Source: an uncultured Candidatus Saccharibacteria bacterium
GTDB lineage: Bacteria > Patescibacteriota > Minisyncoccia > Phycocordibacterales > JAKAEA01
Length of the DNA stretch: 64,000 nt
Assembly: GCA_964520645.1 (NCBI GenBank)
Contig: CAZFND010000003.1
Coordinates: 881-64,880 of the forward strand
Direction: 5' to 3'
A program made the position numbers and the translations under genes. Within the stretch, counting starts at the first letter, position 1. Each line of letters begins with the position of its first letter. Under the pieces are notes generated by a model, which saw only the letters and a list, made by a program, of their open reading frames with translations, made no database searches and had not been told where the DNA came from. Below, in pieces: positions 37,777 through 45,021 of this stretch.

Positions 37777-38652
37777 TCAAAAGATGAGGTGTAATTGCCC
37801 AAGATTTTCTTTGATATATCCCTTCATCTCCAAGAGAGAAATCAAAATATTTACTTCATGAGTGGGTAATTCAATTTTTCTGATAAGATCATCGCGTGTT
37901 TGAGCATCTTGGAGTATATGTAGAATCTTTTTTTCAGTTTCACTGCAGTCTGGATATCTTTCTTCAAACGTTAAAGATAATTTTTGAGTTTCATGTGGTA
38001 GGGCAAAGCCGAGTGCTTCATGTAAATCTTCTGAGCATGTAATCGGTGTCGCCCCAAGTTTCAATAATAGATGTGGCCCTTCAGAATTGGGAGAAAATAT
38101 AGAGCCAGGAATAGTCAGTACATCTCTATTATAGTCTGTTGCAAGGCGAGCAGTAATAAGAGTTCCTGACTTTTTCTCTGCTTCTATTATAAGAACAGCA
38201 TGTGAGATCCCTGACATTATTCTATTACGCTTGGGGAATGCCCATATAGTAGAAGCAAAGTCTGGTTCAAATTCTGACAATAGCCCACCACCTGCTTCCA
38301 CAATTTGCTCTGCAAACTTTCTGTTAGCATTTGGATAAAGCACATCTTTACCCAGTCCTGAGCCGGGAACGGCTAATGTGTGCAAACCTGCATTCAGTGC
38401 CGCTTTGTGCGCTACGGTGTCTATTCCAATAGCTAAGCCGGATACTATACTTACATTCTTTCCTTTAAGACTTGAGATGAGTTTTTCACATACGTCTTTG
38501 CCATACTGCGTATGTCTTCGTGCTCCAACGACACACAAGACTTTGGCATCCGGTGGTGGCAAATTGCCATGCACCCACAAATCTTTAGGTGGAGCAGGGA
38601 TTTCTAATAATTGTGGGGGGAATTCTGATTTTGATAGTTTTTTTATTTGCAT
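37777..38652 (-). CDS. dprA: DNA-processing protein DprA
   Basis: VVGAR, IVSGLAIGID..AH, FPKRNRIMSG, SGTLITA; upstream of topA. Confidence 0.97.
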   Translation of the reverse strand: MQIKKLSKSEFPPQLLEIPAPPKDLWVHGNLPPPDAKVLCVVGARRHTQYGKDVCEKLISSLKGKNVSIVSGLAIGIDTVAHKAALNAGLHTLAVPGSGLGKDVLYPNANRKFAEQIVEAGGGLLSEFEPDFASTIWAFPKRNRIMSGISHAVLIIEAEKKSGTLITARLATDYNRDVLTIPGSIFSPNSEGPHLLLKLGATPITCSEDLHEALGFALPHETQKLSLTFEERYPDCSETEKKILHILQDAQTRDDLIRKIELPTHEVNILISLLEMKGYIKENLGQLHLIF

Positions 38653-38668
38653 ACTATAAAGAAAAATA

Positions 38669-38716
38669 AGATTTGAAAGTCTTAGGGTCGCTGCGCTCAA
38701 CCAGACTTCCAAATCT
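38669..38716. repeat. Inverted repeat between the divergent dprA and serS genes
   Basis: AGATTTGAAAGTCT ... AGACTTCCAAATCT (13/14 paired). Confidence 0.55.
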
Positions 38717-38779
38717 CACTTTTCTTTCCCAATTCTACAATTTTTGATATGATGAAAAGATCAATTTTTCTTAAAAATC

Positions 38780-40054
38780 ATGTTAGATATTAAATTCATC
38801 AGAGAGAACAAGGATCTTGTTAAAGAGGGAGCACGGAAGAAACATATAGACTTTAATGTTGAAGACCTCATTGCAAGTGATGACAAACGGCGAGAAATTC
38901 TTGCAATTGTTGAACAAAAGCGTGGTGAGCAAAATGCTGCCAGTGAAAAGATTGCTCGTGCTGCAACTCCGGAAGAGCGCCAAGCGCTTATCGACTCAAT
39001 GCAAGAAGTAAAGAAGACACTTCAGGCTGAAGAGGAGAAACTCAAAGAAGTTATGAAAGAATGGCAAGGACTCATGGTGCGAGTTCCTAATATTCCTGAT
39101 ATTTCTGTCCCAGAAGGTGAGAGTGATGCTCAAAATATGGAAGTACGAACATGGGGTGAAATTCCAAAATTTTCGTTTACTCCAAAGTCTCACATTGATC
39201 TCATGACTGCACATAACATGGTAGACCTGGATAGAGGTTCTAAAGTAGCAGGCTTCCGAGGATACTTTTTAAAGAATGATGGTGCATTACTTTCTTTTGC
39301 GCTCTGGCAATATGTGCTTGAAGTATTTACAGGAACAAAAGGCTTTACTCCCATGATTGCACCATCTCTTGTAAACAGACAACCATTTATTGGAACAGGA
39401 TATCTTCCACAAAGTGAAGAAGATCTCTACAAGACTCAAGATGGAGATTATCTTGCTGGAACTGCAGAAGTTTCTACTATGGGATATTTTATGGATGAAA
39501 TGATTGATAAAGAAAAGCTTCCTATGAAATTTATTTCATTTTCTCCATGTTTCCGACGTGAAGCAGGAAGTCATGGTAAAGATACAAAGGGAATCATGCG
39601 TGTTCATGAATTTTATAAATTAGAACAAGTAGTTCTCTGTACAGCCGATCATCAAGAGTCAGTAAAGCTTCATGAAGAGCTCACAGCAAATGCAGAAGAA
39701 CTTCTTCAGGCGCTCAATCTCCCATATCATGTCGTCGTAAACTGCGGAGGAGATCTCGGACTTGGTCAGGTGAAGAAATATGACATAGAGTCATGGGTTC
39801 CGTCTGAGAATAAATACAGAGAGACACATTCTTCATCATACTTTCACGATTTCCAGACAAGAAGATTAAATATTAGATATAAAGATGCGGATGGAAAGCT
39901 CAAATTTGCACACTCTCTCAATAATACAGCGTTGGCAAGTCCCCGAATTCTGATTTCACTTATCGAAAACAATCAGCAAGAAGATGGATCAATCAAAATT
40001 CCAGAAGTATTGAGAAAGTATATGGGTGGTAGAGAATTTATTAAGAATGTTTAA
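38780..40054 (+). CDS. serS: Serine--tRNA ligase
   Basis: MLDIKFIREN, LAGTAEV, CFRREAGSHGKDTKGIMRVHEF, HSLNNTA. Confidence 0.99.
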   Translation: MLDIKFIRENKDLVKEGARKKHIDFNVEDLIASDDKRREILAIVEQKRGEQNAASEKIARAATPEERQALIDSMQEVKKTLQAEEEKLKEVMKEWQGLMVRVPNIPDISVPEGESDAQNMEVRTWGEIPKFSFTPKSHIDLMTAHNMVDLDRGSKVAGFRGYFLKNDGALLSFALWQYVLEVFTGTKGFTPMIAPSLVNRQPFIGTGYLPQSEEDLYKTQDGDYLAGTAEVSTMGYFMDEMIDKEKLPMKFISFSPCFRREAGSHGKDTKGIMRVHEFYKLEQVVLCTADHQESVKLHEELTANAEELLQALNLPYHVVVNCGGDLGLGQVKKYDIESWVPSENKYRETHSSSYFHDFQTRRLNIRYKDADGKLKFAHSLNNTALASPRILISLIENNQQEDGSIKIPEVLRKYMGGREFIKNV

Positions 40055-40898
40055 AAAATCTCCCCTCAAAGCTACACGACTCGTACGCCGAAAGCGTCGC
40101 ATACGCAATATTAAGATTGCTGCAATAATTATTGCAGTAATTTTGTTTGTTGCTGGAGCATCTTTTGTTACAAAATTAAAAACATTTGCTATTGCTACTA
40201 TTACTGTAGAAGGTAATTCGGCAATAGACGCAGGTGATATTGAGAGATTAGTCAAAAAAGATATTTCTGGAAGCTATCTCTATTTGTTCTCAAAATCAAA
40301 TATATTTTTATACCCTAAGAAAATAGTGCTTAATGATATTTCTACATTATTTAAAAGAGTAGATAATGTAACTATTTCTCGATCAGGATTGAATACGCTT
40401 ATTGTATCTATCCAAGAACGTGTGCCAGCATATACATGGTGCAAAGGCGAGCCGCCAGCAAAAAGAGATTGTTATTTAGTTGATGGACAAGGATATATTT
40501 TCTCAGAAGCACCAGTATTCTCGGGAAATGCATTCTTTGGATTTTATGGAAATTACACAGGTACAGAGCCTATTGGGGCAACTTACCTTAATGCAGAAAA
40601 ATTTAAATATATTGATACATTGATTGCATGGCTCAAAGAAAATGAAATACCTACCTATGCACTTTTGGCAAAAGATAATGATATGTACGAACTCTCATTA
40701 AATTCTGGAGGAAAAATAATATTTAAGAATTTGAAAAATGCGGAGGCTGTTTCTCTTTTAGAATCTACAATTAAAACGGTGATGCTTAATACCGATGTAT
40801 TCTCAAAAAATAGTGGATTGGAATACATAGATTTGCGATATGGTAATAAAGTGTACTACAAATTTACAGGGCAAAAGGACGTTAAGGAATCGCAGTAA
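40047..40898 (+). CDS. FtsQ/DivIB-like protein (TM plus POTRA domain)
   Basis: Basic N-terminus, TM, ITVEGN, LIVSIQER.P, LVDGQGYIF, LEYIDLRYGNKVYYK. Confidence 0.8.
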   Translation: MFKKSPLKATRLVRRKRRIRNIKIAAIIIAVILFVAGASFVTKLKTFAIATITVEGNSAIDAGDIERLVKKDISGSYLYLFSKSNIFLYPKKIVLNDISTLFKRVDNVTISRSGLNTLIVSIQERVPAYTWCKGEPPAKRDCYLVDGQGYIFSEAPVFSGNAFFGFYGNYTGTEPIGATYLNAEKFKYIDTLIAWLKENEIPTYALLAKDNDMYELSLNSGGKIIFKNLKNAEAVSLLESTIKTVMLNTDVFSKNSGLEYIDLRYGNKVYYKFTGQKDVKESQ

Positions 40899-40989
40899 AA
40901 CATTCTCTTGAGCTTGATTTTTAGGCTATTTGTGTTATATTACATGCGGTGTCTTGTTCCTGTTTCAAGTCTTTTTGAAAGGGTCTTCC

Positions 40990-41391
40990 ATGAAAGCGTT
41001 CGGGTTTCTCATTGCCCTGATCATCAGCTTGGCGCTCTTTGCGCCAACTGCCAGGGCGGACCATGTTCGGGTGAACGTGAGCATCGGTGCCCGGTACTGT
41101 GCACCACCTCCGGTGGTGTACAGGCACTACCGCCGTCCGGTGTACTGCGAGACCCGGGTTGTCTATGTGGAACCACCTCCTGTGGTGGTCTACCGGCAAC
41201 CTGTGGTCTGCGAACCTCCGCCGCGTGTCGTCTACGTTCAGCCGGTCCAAGTCTGTGAACCCCGTGTCGTGTATTACACCCCGCCACCCAAGCCCTGCTT
41301 CAACACGGCGCCGAGTTGGGATCCATGCACCAATGAACCGGTGCGGGTCTACTACAACGCCAGTTGGCAGACCAACGGTTTCTGTCGGTGA
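40990..41391 (+). CDS. Secreted Pro/Val/Tyr/Cys-rich protein, strongly GC-rich
   Basis: Signal peptide (..PTARA), repeated (C)EPPPxVVY; promoter TTGATT-N16-TATATT at 40914-40941. Confidence 0.75.
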   Translation: MKAFGFLIALIISLALFAPTARADHVRVNVSIGARYCAPPPVVYRHYRRPVYCETRVVYVEPPPVVVYRQPVVCEPPPRVVYVQPVQVCEPRVVYYTPPPKPCFNTAPSWDPCTNEPVRVYYNASWQTNGFCR

Positions 41392-41412
41392 TACCCGTCT
41401 CTCTCCCCACCG

Positions 41413-41454
41413 CCGCTGCTGTTCCACTGTGGGACTGCAGCGGCTTTTTATTTA
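41413..41454 (+). terminator. Intrinsic terminator
   Basis: GCCGCTGC..GCAGCGGC-TTTTTATTT. Confidence 0.8.
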
Positions 41455-41489
41455 TATATTTTATAGTATAGTCATTTCATTATTTAAAT

Positions 41490-42455
41490 ATGAAAAATTT
41501 TTGGTCAGAATTAAAAAAGCCTTTCTTTGTACTGGCACCAATGGCAGATGTTACCGATGCTGCTTTTCGACGTGTCATCGCAAAATATGGAAAGCCTGAT
41601 GTGACATGGACAGAGTTTGTTTCTGCTGATGGCTTGGCATTTGCTCCCGAAGAAGGAAGAAAAAAGTTACTTCGCGATCTTATTTTTACTGAAGCAGAGC
41701 GGCCAATAGTAGCCCAATTTTTTACATCCAACCCCGAAAGCATGAGAAAAGCAGCCGAGCTTGCCTATGAACTTGGCTTTGATGGTATTGATATCAATAT
41801 GGGATGCCCTGATAAATCTATTGAAAAGCAGGGAGCAGGTGCTGCGATGATAAAAAATCCAAAGCTCGCACGTGAAGTTATTCGAGCTGCTCAAGAAGGT
41901 TCACATGGTCTTCCTGTTTCTGTTAAGACTCGAATTGGATTTAATAAAATAGAAATCGAAACCTGGTTGCCAGAACTTCTTGCAGAAAATCCTGTAGCTA
42001 TTACCGTGCATGCTCGTACTCGAAAAGAAATGTCAAAAGTTCCAGCTCAGTGGAATATGGTAAAGCGTGCAGTCGAAATTCGTAACGAATTAAAAAGTTC
42101 TACTCTTATTTTAGGGAACGGTGATGCAAAAGATCTTGTAGATGCAGAACATAAAATCAAAGAATCTGGTGCCGACGGCGTGATGCTTGGGAGAGCGATC
42201 TTCGGCAACCCTTGGCTGTTTAAAGAAAAAAATAACATATATCAACCCTCTATTAAAGAAAAGCTCGAAGTACTTGTAGAACACACAAAACTTTTTCAAG
42301 AACTGTTGGGGGATATAAAAAGCTTTGCAATTATGAAGAAGCACTATAAAGCATATGTGAATAATTTTGACGGTGCTGCCGAACTTCGCGGTAAACTTAT
42401 GGAGACTACGAGTGCAGAAGAGGTGGAGGCGATAATTAAAGATTTTCTAAAATAA
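41490..42455 (+). CDS. tRNA-dihydrouridine synthase (Dus family)
   Basis: LAPMADVTD, IDINMGCP, PVSVKTRIG, TVHART, GNGD, GVMLGRA..GNPW. Confidence 0.95.
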   Translation: MKNFWSELKKPFFVLAPMADVTDAAFRRVIAKYGKPDVTWTEFVSADGLAFAPEEGRKKLLRDLIFTEAERPIVAQFFTSNPESMRKAAELAYELGFDGIDINMGCPDKSIEKQGAGAAMIKNPKLAREVIRAAQEGSHGLPVSVKTRIGFNKIEIETWLPELLAENPVAITVHARTRKEMSKVPAQWNMVKRAVEIRNELKSSTLILGNGDAKDLVDAEHKIKESGADGVMLGRAIFGNPWLFKEKNNIYQPSIKEKLEVLVEHTKLFQELLGDIKSFAIMKKHYKAYVNNFDGAAELRGKLMETTSAEEVEAIIKDFLK

Positions 42456-42540
42456 TTTTGCAATTTTTTATTAATATAGTAGATTTATCTATGGAGTTTG
42501 GTATTGATTTTTCTCATTCACTCTTTTGCAAGGAGACGTC

Positions 42541-42588
42541 ATGTACCACCAGACGGTCAAAGTCATCTTTCATCCTTGCGAATCGTGA
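42541..42588 (+). CDS. 15-aa small ORF MYHQTVKVIFHPCES
   Basis: AAGGAG SD 5 nt before ATG; promoter TTGCAA-N16-TAGATT (42458-42485); terminator downstream. Confidence 0.45.
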   Translation: MYHQTVKVIFHPCES

Positions 42589-42602
42589 AAGGGGGTGATC
42601 CA
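42588..42602 (+). promoter_or_regulatory. 15-nt complement of the canonical 16S rRNA 3' tail
   Basis: AAAGGGGGTGATCCA pairs with 5'-UGGAUCACCUCCUUU-3' (14 Watson-Crick pairs plus one G-U). Confidence 0.6.
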
Positions 42603-42638
42603 CATCTAGAGAGTGAAACCACTGGGTAGTAACTCTCG

Positions 42639-42684
42639 AAAGGGCGGACAAAGCACTTCGTGTTGTGTCCGCCCTTTTATTTTA
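42639..42684 (+). terminator. Strong intrinsic terminator
   Basis: AAAGGGCGGACA..TTCG..TGTCCGCCCTTTTATTTT. Confidence 0.85.
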
Positions 42685-42690
42685 CTTAAA

Positions 42691-42728
42691 AACCGCCTCA
42701 CCCTAACCCTCTCCTTACCAGGAGAGGG
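42691..42728. repeat. Palindromic intergenic repeat (BoxC/REP-like), copy 3 (single unit)
   Basis: AACCGCCTCACCCTAACCCTCTCCTTACCAGGAGAGGG. Confidence 0.85.
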
Positions 42729-42750
42729 AATTGTTTGTTATAATGTCGCA

Positions 42751-43830
42751 ATGGCAAAACAAATCCAAGAAACTCATAGCGCTCTCTATCGCAAATATCG
42801 ACCTCAGAAATTCAGTGATGTTGTAGGACAAGATCATATTGTAAAAGTTCTTGAAGGCTCAATTAAACAAGGCAATATTGCCCATGCATACCTTTTTGCA
42901 GGAAGCCGTGGAACTGGCAAAACTTCTATTGCCCGCATTGTGTCACGAGAAATTGGTACGACTACAAATGATCTCTATGAAATCGACGCTGCATCTAATA
43001 GAGGTATCGACGATATTCGAGAAATTCGTGATGGAGTAAATACGCTTCCATTCGAATCAAAGTATAAGGTCTATATAATAGATGAAGTGCATATGCTTAC
43101 CAAAGAAGCATTCAATGCGCTCTTGAAGACCCTCGAAGAGCCACCAGCACATGCAGTTTTTATTCTCGCTACAACTGAGACTGACAAATTGCCTGAGACT
43201 GTCGTATCTCGTTGCCAAGTATTTACCTTCAAAAAGCCAAATCAGAAAATTCTAAAAGATGTCGTGCTCGACATTGCAAAGCAAGAAGGATTTACCCTCG
43301 AGCCTTCTTCTGCCGAGCTCATTGCACTACTTGGTGATGGATCATTCCGTGATACAGAAGGAATTTTGCAGAAAGTATTAAGCTCGTCACCGATCCCGCC
43401 TTCGCATGGCTCCGGCGAGGCAAAGAAAAAGATTTCCCAGCAGGAAGTAGAGCTCGTAACTGGCGCACCAAAGTCTGAGCTCATTAATAATTTTATTAAA
43501 GCATTGGATGAAAAGAATGCATCATTGGGACTCACATCGCTTCATGATGCATCTGCGCATAATATAGACATGGCAGTATTTACCAAGCTTGTGCTCTACA
43601 AGCTTCGCGCTGTCTTATTGCTCCGATACAGTCCAGATATGAAAGCGACAATAGAAGAAGAATTTTCTGAAACAGATTTCAAGCTTATTCAATCTCTTGC
43701 AGATAAGAAAGAATCAGGAATCAATTCAAAAGCTATTCTCGAAATTCTCAAAGCTCAAGAAAATAGTCGCTATTCACCAATCGCAGAATTGCCACTTGAG
43801 ATTGCTGTGGCGAATCTTACTGCAAATTAA
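42751..43830 (+). CDS. dnaX: DNA polymerase III subunit gamma/tau (short form)
   Basis: ALYRKYRPQKF, GSRGTGKTS, EIDAASNRG, IIDEVHML, FNALLKTLEEPP, SRC. Confidence 0.98.
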   Translation: MAKQIQETHSALYRKYRPQKFSDVVGQDHIVKVLEGSIKQGNIAHAYLFAGSRGTGKTSIARIVSREIGTTTNDLYEIDAASNRGIDDIREIRDGVNTLPFESKYKVYIIDEVHMLTKEAFNALLKTLEEPPAHAVFILATTETDKLPETVVSRCQVFTFKKPNQKILKDVVLDIAKQEGFTLEPSSAELIALLGDGSFRDTEGILQKVLSSSPIPPSHGSGEAKKKISQQEVELVTGAPKSELINNFIKALDEKNASLGLTSLHDASAHNIDMAVFTKLVLYKLRAVLLLRYSPDMKATIEEEFSETDFKLIQSLADKKESGINSKAILEILKAQENSRYSPIAELPLEIAVANLTAN

Positions 43831-44018
43831 AAACCGCCAGAAATTGAAGTTTTAGATATCCAAACTCGCAAGGTGATCTTCCTTGGTTATTTGAAGTCAT
43901 ATTCTCATCAATCTCTGACGGCCGTGATGGGTAGTACCAGGTAGTAAGGTTTTGAGTGGGTAATTAAGGGGTCCGGACCCCAGCGCTGAAGAAACCTGGC
44001 ACAAATGCAACAGTCCAT
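43828..44018 (-). ncRNA. Candidate ~190-nt structured small RNA convergent on dnaX
   Basis: TTGACT-N15-TATAAT (44051-44025); GTGCCAGGT/ACCTGGTAC helix, GGGGTCCGGACCCC palindrome, 14-bp terminal stem plus T5. Confidence 0.45.
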
Positions 44019-44119
44019 TCTTACATTATAGGAGGGAATTACTGAAGTCAACTTGTGGGTTTGTCTTTAAGCCATTTTTGTAGTATTTTAGTCATACACC
44101 TTGCTTCATGCAGGTATTT

Positions 44120-44190
44120 TGCGGGATCGTCTAATGGTAGGACATATGCCTTTGGCGCATAGTATCTAGGTTCGAGTCCTAGTCCCGCAG
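44120..44190 (+). tRNA. tRNA-Gln(TTG)
   Basis: TGCGGGA..TATGC-CTTTGGC-GCATA..GGTTCGAGTCC..TCCCGCAG. Confidence 0.96.
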
Positions 44191-44349
44191 CAGTCATGTG
44201 AGATATACCGAGACTCCTAAATCGGTCATGTTTCTAAATAATTTCTTTGAACCAGTCATGGGCTCGAACCGCCTTGAGGGGTGATGCAAAGGTATTAAAC
44301 CATTACGTCATAAGTTACAAAATTGAATAGTTGTGGTATTGTTTAATAT

Positions 44350-45000
44350 ATGAAAAAGATATACTTTGTACGCCATGGGGCTACTGGTGGTAATGAAAAA
44401 AACGAGTTCCAACATGGGCATATCCCACTATCTGACATGGGCTTAAAACAGGCAGAATTCGTTGCTGAACGGTTTAAAACTATTCATATAGACATTGTTG
44501 TTGCAAGTGATATGACGAGGGCAGCTCAAACAGCTGATACTGTCGCTAAAAAATTGGGTAAAGAGGTAGTCCATTCAAGTCTATTTCAGGAAATACTTCG
44601 TCCGAGCCATGTGCGCGGAAAGAGCAAGGATGATCCTGAGGTAAAAAAGATAATGGATGAAGTAAAAGCAAATTTTGATAATGCTGACTGGCATCATTCA
44701 GATGAGGAGAATTTTTTTGATATAAAAAATAGAGCAGTCAAAGCTCTTGACTACATTAGATCTCTTCCCGAAGAGAATATCTTGGTTGTAACACATGGCA
44801 ATTTTTTAGTTATGCTTATTGCAGTTATGGGATTTGGTGAAAATTTCACTTCAAAGCACTATAAACAAATGCAAAAATTCTTAATTGCTAAGAATACAGG
44901 TGTGACAATGGTAGATGAACATAAAGGAGAGTATTTCTTGTTGACATGGAACGACTATGCTCACTTAGGTGATGTAGATATTAAGCACGTATACTCTTAA
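44350..45000 (+). CDS. Histidine phosphatase (phosphoglycerate mutase family)
   Basis: FVRHG, SDMTRAAQTA, LVVTHG, NTGVT, WNDYAHL. Confidence 0.92.
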   Translation: MKKIYFVRHGATGGNEKNEFQHGHIPLSDMGLKQAEFVAERFKTIHIDIVVASDMTRAAQTADTVAKKLGKEVVHSSLFQEILRPSHVRGKSKDDPEVKKIMDEVKANFDNADWHHSDEENFFDIKNRAVKALDYIRSLPEENILVVTHGNFLVMLIAVMGFGENFTSKHYKQMQKFLIAKNTGVTMVDEHKGEYFLLTWNDYAHLGDVDIKHVYS

Positions 45001-45021
45001 ATCACTAAGAAGATCAACTTT

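Noticed and set aside
40908-41599. Multiple overlapping long ORFs on both strands
   Set aside because: A by-product of high GC and few stop codons; only the 40990 frame has a signal peptide and fits the promoter and terminator
42613-42750. N-terminal extension of DnaX from GTG 42613
   Set aside because: It reads through a strong terminator and a repeat element; a TATAAT box sits 6 nt before ATG 42751 and homology begins after it
42458-44051. SRP RNA (ffs) near dnaX, as in Firmicutes
   Set aside because: Neither flanking element shows the conserved helix-8 CAGG..GNRA..AGCAG motif
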